Positions 1 through 8,396 of a stretch of 64,000 nucleotides of DNA are shown in pieces. The position numbers and the translations under genes were made by a program. The notes beneath the pieces are model-generated. The model saw only the letters and a list, made by a program, of their open reading frames with translations, searched no databases and had not been told where the DNA came from. Within the stretch, counting starts at the first letter, position 1. The number at the start of each line of letters is the position of its first letter. This stretch comes from an uncultured Clostridia bacterium (GTDB taxonomy: Bacteria > Bacillota > Clostridia > Christensenellales > UBA1242). Location of the stretch: NCBI GenBank assembly GCA_905235475.1, contig CAJOLU010000005.1:72892-136891 (forward strand). The letters run 5' to 3'.

Positions 1-2138
1 AAAGTAGCATTTTAAACAACTCATCATATAAAAGTGAAGATGATATTGCAGTAAAGATTTTTGGAGAAGAGTTTATAAACAACATTCGCTCCACTTCAAA
101 ACCAAAAGAGCCGGAGAAGAAAGAATATAACTTGTCTGAACTCTACACAAAAAGAGATGAACAAGCAGAAGTTTTTGCTTTTAATGATAGAGGCGAAAAT
201 AAGCCAAGCAGGTTTATTCACACTGATGATGAAGAGTTGTTAACAGCAAAACTTGATATTAATGACAACTTGTTTATTCAAAAGGAAGCAGAAGAGCAAA
301 AAATAAACAAACCTGAGCCAGTTGTTGCATCAGAAACCAAAGTTGAGCAAAATGATTCCATAATTGAAGAAAAAGAAAACTTTGCAAATCAAGATGAAGA
401 TGAGATTATTTTTGAAGAAACAGAAATAGAAGACAACAATTTTGAAGAAAATCCGTTTATGAATTCAACAAAAGAATTTGAAGATGATTTTGAGGAATTT
501 GAAGAAACTCCAGAAATTGAAGATGAAGAAGAGGAAGAAATTGTTTCACCACCAAAAGAAACTTTTGTTCAAAAACAAAACTATAACTTTAAACCAATAG
601 AGCAAAAGAAAGAGCAGGAGATTGAGCAAAATGAAGAAAAGCCAAAGGTTAAAAAGGTTTATGCTCCTTATGTTAAACCTCCAATAGATTTATTAACCAC
701 AAAATCAACTATTCCTCAAATTAATGAGCAAGAATATCAAACAAAAGCACAAATTTTGGAACAAACACTTGAAAGTTTTAAGATTTCTGCCAAAGTTGTT
801 GGAATCACAAGAGGTCCAGCAGTTACAAGATATGAACTGCAAATGCCAGTTGGAATTCCAGTTAAGAGAATAACACAACACGTTGATGACATAACAATGA
901 TGATGGAAAGTAGGGCAAGCGTTCGTATTGAAACGCCAATTCCAGGAAGAAATTTGGTTGGTGTTGAGGTGCCAAACGATTCAATTGCAACAATTGGACT
1001 TCGAGATATTTTGGAAAGTGCAGCATTTTCTCAACGAAAAGGCAAATTAACTTTCGCTTTAGGAAAAGATATCACTGGAACTCCAAAAGTTTGTGATTTA
1101 GACGCAATGCCACACCTTCTTGTTGCTGGTTCAACGGGTAGTGGTAAGAGTGTTTGCTTAAATGTTTTGCTTATTAGTTTACTTTATGAACTTGGCCCAG
1201 ATGAGTTAAAACTTCTTTTAATTGACCCAAAAAGAGTGGAATTTGTGTCTTATAACTATTTGCCTCATATGCTTGTTCCAAAAGCAATTAATGATGCTCA
1301 ACAAGCAATAAATGCTCTCGATTGGGCTATTGCCGAAATGATGAGGCGATACACACTCTTTGCAGAAATGGGTGGAGTTAGAAACTTTAAGGAATATAAC
1401 AATTCAGAGCCAGTGTTAAACGGCGAAGAAGAAAAACTTCCATATATTGTTATTGTTATTGATGAACTTTCTGACCTTATGATTTTGGCTGGAAGAGAGT
1501 TGGAAGAAAAAATTCAAAGACTAACACAACTTGCTCGTGCTGCTGGTATTCACTTGATTATTGCAACACAAAGACCATCTGTTGATGTTATCACTGGTGT
1601 TATTAAATCAAACCTACCATCAAGAATTGCTTTTGCTGTTACTGATTTTGCATCATCAAAAACAATTTTGGATAAAGGTGGGGCAGAAAAATTGTTGGGT
1701 AAGGGAGATATGTTATATGCACCTCAAAACTTGCCTGAACCAGTTAGAATTCAATGCCCATATGTTGACAGCAAAGAAGTTGTTGCAGTTGTTAATTATA
1801 TTAAGCAACATAACACAGCAGAATTTGATGATTCAATTAGTGCATTTATCACCAAGAATGACAAACCAACTGGAGAAAAATCAACTGGTGGAGATAATGA
1901 CCAAAACGCGTGGGACCCATTATTGCCGCAAGCACTTCTTGATTTTATTGAATCGGGCAGTTGCTCAGCATCAATGATTCAACGCCGTCACAGCATTGGA
2001 TTTGTTAGAGCAGGCAGAATTGTGGATCAAATGGAGCAGGCTGGTTTTATCTCACCTTTAGACCCAGCAAAGAGAACTAGAACAGTGCTTATAACACTTG
2101 ATAAATATAATGAAATTTTTGGAGAAACTGAAGAATAA
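1..2138 (+). CDS. ftsK: DNA translocase FtsK/SpoIIIE, 5' end outside the window
   Basis: Walker A GSTGSGKS, Walker B IVIVIDELSDL, ATQRPS motif and a C-terminal gamma winged helix (SASMIQRRHSIGFVRAGRIVDQME). The frame is open from nt 3 up to the listed TTG at 132, so the gene is truncated by the window edge. Confidence 0.9.
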   Translation, partial: SSILNNSSYKSEDDIAVKIFGEEFINNIRSTSKPKEPEKKEYNLSELYTKRDEQAEVFAFNDRGENKPSRFIHTDDEELLTAKLDINDNLFIQKEAEEQKINKPEPVVASETKVEQNDSIIEEKENFANQDEDEIIFEETEIEDNNFEENPFMNSTKEFEDDFEEFEETPEIEDEEEEEIVSPPKETFVQKQNYNFKPIEQKKEQEIEQNEEKPKVKKVYAPYVKPPIDLLTTKSTIPQINEQEYQTKAQILEQTLESFKISAKVVGITRGPAVTRYELQMPVGIPVKRITQHVDDITMMMESRASVRIETPIPGRNLVGVEVPNDSIATIGLRDILESAAFSQRKGKLTFALGKDITGTPKVCDLDAMPHLLVAGSTGSGKSVCLNVLLISLLYELGPDELKLLLIDPKRVEFVSYNYLPHMLVPKAINDAQQAINALDWAIAEMMRRYTLFAEMGGVRNFKEYNNSEPVLNGEEEKLPYIVIVIDELSDLMILAGRELEEKIQRLTQLARAAGIHLIIATQRPSVDVITGVIKSNLPSRIAFAVTDFASSKTILDKGGAEKLLGKGDMLYAPQNLPEPVRIQCPYVDSKEVVAVVNYIKQHNTAEFDDSISAFITKNDKPTGEKSTGGDNDQNAWDPLLPQALLDFIESGSCSASMIQRRHSIGFVRAGRIVDQMEQAGFISPLDPAKRTRTVLITLDKYNEIFGETEE

Positions 2139-2149
2139 AGGAGAAAACT

Positions 2150-2794
2150 ATGAACACACCCAATAAATTGTCACTTCTTAGAATTATTATTGTGCCATTT
2201 ATGATGTTTTTCTATTTAGCAACATTTATTGACCCTTGGGGTAAAATTGTGGCTGTTGCATTATTTATTATTGCCGCTCTAACAGATATGCTTGATGGCA
2301 AAATTGCAAGAAAAACCGGTCAAATAACAGATTTGGGAAAACTGTTGGATCCAATTGCTGATAGACTTTTATATAATATGGGTTTTTTGCTCATTGTTAT
2401 TGATGAAACAATTCCACACCCATATGGAGTGATTTGTTTTGCAATACTTTTGTTTAGAGATTTTATAATAGACGGAATAAGACAAGTTGCTGCAAGCAAA
2501 AATGTTGTTGTTCAAGCCTTTTGGTCAGGAAAGATAAAAGCAATATTGCACGACACACATATTCCAATGTTTATGTTCTATGCTGCAACAAGCACTTTTG
2601 AAGGTGCTTTTTGGAATGTGTTTAACCCAATTTTATTCTGGGTTGCTGTTGCTATTTTGGTTGCTGCTATGATTGTTACAATTTGGTCAATATTTGACTA
2701 TACTTTAAGAACCAAAAGTGTTATTTTTGGAGGCAGCAAAAAACAAGATAAAAAAGAAGAAAAAAACAGTAAAGTAGAAAAAGATGAAAAGTAA
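2150..2794 (+). CDS. pgsA: CDP-diacylglycerol--glycerol-3-phosphate 3-phosphatidyltransferase
   Basis: CDP-alcohol phosphatidyltransferase motif DMLDGKIARKTGQITDLGKLLDPIADR in a multi-TM protein. SD AAAGGAG lies upstream, and the pgsA-cinA-recA synteny is present. Confidence 0.9.
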   Translation: MNTPNKLSLLRIIIVPFMMFFYLATFIDPWGKIVAVALFIIAALTDMLDGKIARKTGQITDLGKLLDPIADRLLYNMGFLLIVIDETIPHPYGVICFAILLFRDFIIDGIRQVAASKNVVVQAFWSGKIKAILHDTHIPMFMFYAATSTFEGAFWNVFNPILFWVAVAILVAAMIVTIWSIFDYTLRTKSVIFGGSKKQDKKEEKNSKVEKDEK

Positions 2795-3857
2795 TATTAT
2801 TGCCTTGAAAACACAAGAAACAGAGCAAGATTTTAGCACCTTGATTGAACCACAAATTGTTTCTTTATTCGCAAGAGTTGGAGTTGAAGTAACCAAAACG
2901 ATAACTTTTGTTGATGCTAATGAAATGGAAAAAAGTTTGTTTTATTTGTTGGAACCGTGTTCCATTGTTTTTGTTGATTTCAAAAATCCTAATTTTGAAT
3001 TAATTTTAAAAGAAATTAACAAGTTTTATGCAGTAAATCAAAAAGATTTTAATGCTGGAAAATATTGGCACGACCAAGTGAATAACAGGTTTTGCATTTT
3101 ATTCAATATTGAAAATATAAACTTCGTTAATAACATTGATGAAAAGTTTTTGAAATCACTTTTTGCACCAACAAAATATTTAAGTGTTATAAAAACATAT
3201 GGAATTAGTGACACAGAAATTAGAAAAGCACTAAAACATATTCCAAACCCAAACAATTTTGAGTATTATGTTACATCAACATTTTTAGATTGTGAAATAG
3301 ATATTTTGGCTGACGCAGATTTCTATAAAAGTGAAGCACTTGATTCATATATAAGAGAAATATATCAAATTTTGGAAAAATATATTTATAGTGATGAACC
3401 AGCAACACTTTATGAGAAATTGGAACAACTTTTGGAGATTAGAAATATGAAATTAAGTTTTTGTGACTTTTTCACTGGTGGGCAATTTCAATATTTGCTA
3501 AAGAATAATTTAAAATCATATAGCAAAAATATTTCAGATTTCGTTGAAATATTTCAACATGAGGAATTAACCACAAAACTTGGTTTCTCGCAAGAATTGC
3601 TAGAAAAAACGAAGAATTTATATGAAGAATTAATTTATGAAACAGCAGTTGTGATGTTAAATAAGAAAAATTGTGATGCAGCAGTTGTTTTGTTTAAAGA
3701 TGGTGATAAATACTATATTGCCATAGGTGATGATGAGGCAATACATTTATACAAATTTACCTTTGACCAGTCCAAAAGTTTTATCACAAACATAATCATT
3801 CAAACAACAATTTTCAAATTATTGAAAAAACTTAAGAAAAATAGTGGACTTTTTTAA
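2784..3857 (+). CDS. Divergent CinA-like protein (hypothetical)
   Basis: Sits in the cinA slot between pgsA and recA. The N-terminus MKSNIIALKTQ...IVSLFARVGVEV resembles the CinA N-terminal pattern, but the rest is not recognisable by eye. Confidence 0.4.
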   Translation: MKSNIIALKTQETEQDFSTLIEPQIVSLFARVGVEVTKTITFVDANEMEKSLFYLLEPCSIVFVDFKNPNFELILKEINKFYAVNQKDFNAGKYWHDQVNNRFCILFNIENINFVNNIDEKFLKSLFAPTKYLSVIKTYGISDTEIRKALKHIPNPNNFEYYVTSTFLDCEIDILADADFYKSEALDSYIREIYQILEKYIYSDEPATLYEKLEQLLEIRNMKLSFCDFFTGGQFQYLLKNNLKSYSKNISDFVEIFQHEELTTKLGFSQELLEKTKNLYEELIYETAVVMLNKKNCDAAVVLFKDGDKYYIAIGDDEAIHLYKFTFDQSKSFITNIIIQTTIFKLLKKLKKNSGLF

Positions 3858-3873
3858 AATGGTATGCTAAAAT
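3845..3873 (+). promoter_or_regulatory. Putative sigma-A promoter of recA (TGGACT-17-TAAAAT)
   Basis: -35 TGGACT at 3845-3850, a 17-nt spacer and -10 TAAAAT at 3868-3873 preceded by TGC. Confidence 0.45.
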
Positions 3874-3874
3874 T

Positions 3875-3888
3875 AGAACAAATGAACG
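3875..3888 (+). promoter_or_regulatory. LexA (Cheo-box-like) operator candidate upstream of recA
   Basis: AGAACAAATGAACG lies directly after the -10. The first 13 nt (AGAACAAATGAAC) recur at 51782-51794 in the recN promoter, and the first half matches the lexA box at 26633. Confidence 0.5.
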
Positions 3889-3906
3889 AAAAGAGGGGAT
3901 TTAATT

Positions 3907-4908
3907 ATGAATGAAACAGATAGAGCAAAAGTGTTGGAGCAAACAATTGCTCAAATAGAAAAACAATTTGGTAAAGGTTCTATTATGAGGCTTGGAGATA
4001 CTGTTAAGGAAAATATTGATGTGTTTTCAACAGGTTGTTTGCCGCTAGACTTAGCACTAGGGATTGGTGGTGTTCCAAGAGGAAGGATTGTTGAGATTTA
4101 TGGTCCAGAAAGTTCTGGTAAAACAACAGTTGCTCTTCATATTTGTGCAGAAGCACAAAAACAAGGTTGTGTGGCAGCATTTATTGACGCAGAACATGCG
4201 TTGGATCCTATTTATGCTCAAAACCTTGGGGTAAAAATTGATGAATTGTTTATTTCTCAACCAGACAACGGAGAACAGGCTCTCGACATTGTTGAAAGTT
4301 TGGTTCGTAGTGGTGGAGTTGATTTGATTATTGTTGACTCTGTTGCTGCTTTAACACCAAAAGCAGAAATTGATGGCGAAATGGGAGATTCTCATGTTGG
4401 CCTTCTTGCAAGACTTATGAGCCAAGCAATGAGAAAGTTAACAGCCATTATCAATAAATCAAACACTTGTGTTGTGTTCATTAACCAATTGCGTGAAAAA
4501 GTTGGTGTGATGTTTGGTAACCCAGAAACAACAACGGGTGGAAAAGCATTAAAGTTCTATTCAAGTGTTAGATTAGATGTTAGAAAAAGTGACACAATTA
4601 AAGATGGAGCAGATGCTATTGGTAGCAGAACAAAAGTTAAAGTTGTTAAAAATAAACTTGCCCCACCATTTAAAACTGCTGAGTTTGACATTATTTATGG
4701 AAAAGGTATTTCAAAAGAGGGCTGTATTCTAGATATTGCAATTGAAAATGATATTGTTCAAAAGAGTGGTGCTTGGTTTGCTTATAATGGAGAAAAAATT
4801 GGACAAGGAAAAGAAAACGCAAAGCAATATTTGGTTGATAATCCTCAAATTTGCGAAGAGATTGAAGCAAAAATACGCGAAATTGTTAAAAATAAGCCTG
4901 TTTTATAA
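3907..4908 (+). CDS. recA: Recombinase RecA
   Basis: Typical RecA sequence throughout: GPESSGKTT Walker [10 protein letters not shown] and [22 protein letters not shown]. Confidence 0.98.
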   Translation: MNETDRAKVLEQTIAQIEKQFGKGSIMRLGDTVKENIDVFSTGCLPLDLALGIGGVPRGRIVEIYGPESSGKTTVALHICAEAQKQGCVAAFIDAEHALDPIYAQNLGVKIDELFISQPDNGEQALDIVESLVRSGGVDLIIVDSVAALTPKAEIDGEMGDSHVGLLARLMSQAMRKLTAIINKSNTCVVFINQLREKVGVMFGNPETTTGGKALKFYSSVRLDVRKSDTIKDGADAIGSRTKVKVVKNKLAPPFKTAEFDIIYGKGISKEGCILDIAIENDIVQKSGAWFAYNGEKIGQGKENAKQYLVDNPQICEEIEAKIREIVKNKPVL

Positions 4909-4915
4909 TAAATTG

Positions 4916-4955
4916 GACCTAATAGGAAAATATAACTATTGGGTCTTTTATTTTC
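4916..4955 (+). terminator. Rho-independent terminator after recA
   Basis: 10-bp stem GACCTAATAG / CTATTGGGTC (one G.U pair) followed by TTTTATTTT. Confidence 0.55.
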
Positions 4956-5054
4956 AAATAACGCTTGACTTATGAAAATTTTTAAATTAAAATAATAATG
5001 TATAAAATGAACTTTAAGATTTTTATATATATTTTATAAAGGAGATAGCAGAAT

Positions 5055-6647
5055 ATGAACTCAACAAGTGTTATGATGCTTGGTGTTAGTTCAGTTACCT
5101 TTGTTCTATCTGTTGTTGCGGCTTTAATTTTGGGGGCAGTTGCCACTTTTTTCGTTGTTAAATTAATTAGAAAAAAGAAAGCAGAGAAAGCAAAGCAAGA
5201 GGCTAAATTAATAATTGAAAATGCTGAACAAGATGCTAAAAATATTATTAAAGAAGCAAAACTGACAGCACAAGAAAAAGCATTAGATATAAAAACAGAA
5301 GTTGAAAATGAATTAAATTTACGCAGAGTTGAACTTGAAAAACTTAACGATAGATATCTAAAACGTGAAGAATTCATTAACAACAAAGAAGAAATATTAG
5401 AAAAGAAAACAGAAAATATTGAAACACAAAAGCAAGAACTTGATGCAATGGCTGATAACCTTAAAAAGCAGTTTGAGGGGCTTGAGGTTGAAAAGGGAAA
5501 AATATTAGCTGAACTTGAAAGAGTTTCAAAACTTAGTAGAGATGAAGCAAAAACAATTCTTATGAATAAGATGGAAGATGAAGCAAGGCACGATGCATTA
5601 ATTACCTTAAAAAACATTGAGCAAGAAACAAAAGATAATGCAAACAAAAAAGCAACAGAAATTGTTGCACTTGCAATTCAAAAATACTCTGCCGACATCA
5701 CAAGTGAAAACACTGCAACAACAGTTCTTCTTCCAAACGAAGAAATGAAAGGTCGTTTGATTGGAAGGGAAGGAAGAAACATCAAAGCAATAGAACAAGC
5801 AACTGGTGTTGACCTTATTATTGATGACACACCAGAGGCAATTGTTCTCTCAAGTTTTGACCCAGTGAGAAGAGAGATTGCAAAAATTTCCATTGAAAAA
5901 CTTATGCAAGATGGAAGAATCCACCCAGCAAGAATTGAAGAAACTGTTGCAAAAGTAACAAAAGAAATTGAGCAAGAAATGAAAGATGCTGGTGAGCAGG
6001 CTGTTATAGAGGCTGGAGTTCAAAACATTCATCCTGAACTTGTTAAACTTTTGGGAAGAATGAAATATAGAACCAGTTATGGTCAAAATATGTTAAAACA
6101 CAGTTTGGAAGTATCTTTTATGGCTAGAATGATGGCAGAAGAGTTGGGCGTTGATGCAGAAATTGCAAAAAGAGGGGGTCTTCTCCACGATATTGGAAAA
6201 GCAATAGACCACGAGGTTGAGGGAACCCATGTTTCAATTGGTGTTGATCTTGCCAAAAAATATAAAGAAAATAGCAAGGTTATTAACTGTATTGAAGCAC
6301 ATCATGGAGATGTTGAATTTTCTTGCATTGAAGCAGTTCTTGTTCAAGCAGCCGATGTTATTTCTTCAAGCCGTTATGGCGCAAGACGTGAAACAATGGA
6401 AAGTTACATCAAGCGTGTTGAAAAACTTGAAGAAATCTCTAACTCATTTGATGGTGTTGAAAAGGCATATGCTATTCAAGCAGGAAGAGAAGTTAGAATT
6501 ATTGTAAAGCCAGAAGAAATAGATGATGCAAAAGCAATGTTCTTGGCAAAAGATATCGCTAAAAAGATTGAAAGCGAAATGGAATATCCTGGACAAATTA
6601 AAGTTCATGTTATTCGTGAAACAAGAAATGTTGAATATGCAAAATAA
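5055..6647 (+). CDS. rny: Ribonuclease Y
   Basis: N-terminal TM segment, coiled coil, KH domain ([15 protein letters not shown]) and HD domain (LLHDIGKA...HH). Position downstream of recA matches Bacillus. Confidence 0.95.
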   Translation: MNSTSVMMLGVSSVTFVLSVVAALILGAVATFFVVKLIRKKKAEKAKQEAKLIIENAEQDAKNIIKEAKLTAQEKALDIKTEVENELNLRRVELEKLNDRYLKREEFINNKEEILEKKTENIETQKQELDAMADNLKKQFEGLEVEKGKILAELERVSKLSRDEAKTILMNKMEDEARHDALITLKNIEQETKDNANKKATEIVALAIQKYSADITSENTATTVLLPNEEMKGRLIGREGRNIKAIEQATGVDLIIDDTPEAIVLSSFDPVRREIAKISIEKLMQDGRIHPARIEETVAKVTKEIEQEMKDAGEQAVIEAGVQNIHPELVKLLGRMKYRTSYGQNMLKHSLEVSFMARMMAEELGVDAEIAKRGGLLHDIGKAIDHEVEGTHVSIGVDLAKKYKENSKVINCIEAHHGDVEFSCIEAVLVQAADVISSSRYGARRETMESYIKRVEKLEEISNSFDGVEKAYAIQAGREVRIIVKPEEIDDAKAMFLAKDIAKKIESEMEYPGQIKVHVIRETRNVEYAK

Positions 6648-6688
6648 AAAAGGTTATAAGAGCAAGCCATTTTGAAACTGGCAAAATA

Positions 6689-6720
6689 AAAGAACCTAAA
6701 TTCAAATTAGGTTCTTTTTA
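6689..6720 (+). terminator. Rho-independent terminator after rny
   Basis: Stem AAGAACCTAA / TTAGGTTCTT followed by a T-run. Confidence 0.75.
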
Positions 6721-6772
6721 TATTAGTTTCAAACAACATAAAGTAACACACACTCTCTTGTTTGTGTGAGTA

Positions 6773-6801
6773 TTGACATTTTTCGCTGGTTATGCTATAA
6801 T
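6773..6801 (+). promoter_or_regulatory. Consensus sigma-A promoter (TTGACA-17-TGcTATAAT) for the repeat-protein gene
   Basis: Perfect -35 TTGACA at 6773-6778, a 17-nt spacer, an extended -10 TG and a perfect TATAAT at 6796-6801. Confidence 0.7.
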
Positions 6802-6833
6802 ATACTCAACAAAAAGGTTAGGGGTGAAAAATT

Positions 6834-7547
6834 ATGTTAATGAAAAAAGATAAACAACTTAAATTGACTAAGGAAGATTTTGAAAAATTGATGAAATATG
6901 TGGAAACACACGGCAAAGATGAAAAATTTGATGCTATTCAGCAAATTATAGCAAAAAGAGGAAATGTTGCACAAATTTATAAATTTGCTAAAATAGAAGG
7001 AGCAGATATTGAGGTTCTTTCCCAAGCGATGGCAGAAGAAGCATGTCAACAACTTAGGTATATTAATCATAAACTTATTAAGTCAAACCACCGTTTCTCA
7101 AGATATAACTCGAACGACTTATACAGTACGGTAGGTAACATATATAGGCTTATCTACCGATTTGCTAAAGATATAGAAGGAGCAGATATTGAGGTTCTTT
7201 CTCAAGCGGTTGCAAAAACAAAAGTACCCGATTTTATCTTCGAAGTTGCTAAAATAGAAGGAGCAGATATTGAGGTTCTTTCCCAAGCGATGGCAGAAAC
7301 AAAACATGCACGTCTTATCGAAGAATTTGCTAAAGACATACAAGGGGCAGACATTGCTGTTCTTACCGAGGGGATGGCAAAAACAAAGAATCCTGAGCTT
7401 ATTCTCAGTTTTGCTAGAGAGATAAAAGGAGCCGACATAGCAGTCCTTACCAAGGCGATGGCAAAAACAAAGAATCCTGTGCTTATTCTCAGTTTTGCTA
7501 GAGAGATAAAAGGAGCCGACATGGCAGTCCTTACCAATTCGACTTAA
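6834..7547 (+). CDS. 28-aa tandem-repeat protein, 5' portion of a gene interrupted by an insertion
   Basis: SD AGGGGTGA precedes the start. There are six units of the motif FA(K/R)xIxGADIxVLxxAMAKTKNPxLIxx. The sixth unit is cut at 7537, and the ORF then ends after 3 foreign codons (NST*). Confidence 0.75.
   Translation: MLMKKDKQLKLTKEDFEKLMKYVETHGKDEKFDAIQQIIAKRGNVAQIYKFAKIEGADIEVLSQAMAEEACQQLRYINHKLIKSNHRFSRYNSNDLYSTVGNIYRLIYRFAKDIEGADIEVLSQAVAKTKVPDFIFEVAKIEGADIEVLSQAMAETKHARLIEEFAKDIQGADIAVLTEGMAKTKNPELILSFAREIKGADIAVLTKAMAKTKNPVLILSFAREIKGADMAVLTNST
6984..7537 (+). repeat. Coding tandem repeat, 81-84-bp units R1-R6
   Basis: Units start at 6984, 7161, 7245, 7326, 7410 and 7494. R5 and R6 are almost identical. 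R1 carries a divergent ~41-codon spacer. Confidence 0.9.
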
Positions 7548-7652
7548 AGATTTTGTATGGTTTAATATACTATATATTGTGTTTTAAAATTTATATTTTA
7601 CAATATGTTGTGTGCGTTTTGTGAAATATAATTTTTTTTATTCATTATTTTT

Positions 7653-7748
7653 CAAATTTTGTACTTTTTTTCACACCAAATTTTGTACTTTTTTTGTACT
7701 TTCTATCGGCAAATTAGATTTTTCTATTTTCAAATTTTGTACTTTTTT
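7653..7748 (+). repeat. Three direct copies of CAAATTTTGTACTTTTTT in the left arm of the island
   Basis: Copies lie at 7653-7670, 7677-7694 and 7731-7748, with an extra GTACTTT at 7696-7702. Confidence 0.85.
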
Positions 7749-7846
7749 GTGTTTGCATTATTTTTTGGCAAATATTTTTAAAAACAATTTAAAGACAAAA
7801 ATTTTAACTTATGATATAATTATGGTGATAGAAAAGTGAGGTAATT

Positions 7847-8317
7847 ATGAAATACTTTGTGTCTTCAGATATTCACGGATTTTTTGATGAGTGGATGCTT
7901 GCTTTGAAAAATAGTAATTTTGATATAAACAATCCAGAACATAAAATTATTGTTTGTGGTGATTTGTTTGATAGGGGCAGGCAACCAAAACAAATTATAG
8001 ATTTCATTTTATCTCATAGAGATAAAATAACAGTCATTCGTGGTAACCACGAAGATTTGATGCAAGCAATGATTGATAGAAATAAAAATAATTCAATGGA
8101 TCTGTCTAATGGAACAGCGCAAACAATTGTGGATTTATGTCCAGAGTGGTTAATTAGCAAGTTTGATTTAACAGAGATAGCAAAAGAAACAGGACTTCAA
8201 GAGGTGCTAGATTTATGTGTTGATTATTTTGAAACTAACAAAGTAAAAGATTTAACGATTTTGGGTTGGATTATTTTTAATTTGAAAATTTTTAAATATA
8301 AAAAATTAAAGTTCTGA
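7847..8317 (+). CDS. Metallophosphoesterase (PPP-type Ser/Thr phosphatase-like), probably C-terminally truncated
   Basis: Motifs DIHG, GDLFDRG and GNHE are present. Similarity stops after DYFETNK, where the expected H-containing C-terminal motifs are replaced by a short unrelated tail. Confidence 0.55.
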   Translation: MKYFVSSDIHGFFDEWMLALKNSNFDINNPEHKIIVCGDLFDRGRQPKQIIDFILSHRDKITVIRGNHEDLMQAMIDRNKNNSMDLSNGTAQTIVDLCPEWLISKFDLTEIAKETGLQEVLDLCVDYFETNKVKDLTILGWIIFNLKIFKYKKLKF

Positions 8318-8360
8318 AAAATGAAAAATAATCTTATAACTTTATTTTTTGCAAAAATGC

Positions 8361-8389
8361 TTGACTTTCTTATTCTTCTTGTATATATT
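8361..8389 (+). promoter_or_regulatory. Putative sigma-A promoter of the island operon (TTGACT-17-TATATT)
   Basis: -35 at 8361-8366 and -10 at 8384-8389. The first ATG (8397) lies about 8 nt after the -10 with no SD, so the transcript may be leaderless. Confidence 0.45.
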
Positions 8390-8396
8390 AAAATCA

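Noticed and set aside
4982-5647. 221-aa minus-strand ORF rich in Ser, Phe and Leu
   Set aside because: It is antisense to the well-supported rny gene. The composition is typical of the reverse frame of a Lys/Glu-rich coiled-coil coding region.
6984-7537. Regular ~84-bp repeats that could be mistaken for a CRISPR array
   Set aside because: The units are contiguous with no spacers, sit in one open reading frame and encode a conserved 28-aa motif. No cas genes are present in the window.
7612-7839. 75-aa GTG-initiated ORF in the left arm of the island
   Set aside because: It is a Phe/Lys-rich translation of AT-rich DNA, and its KFCTF repeats are simply the three 18-bp DNA repeats. It has no SD.
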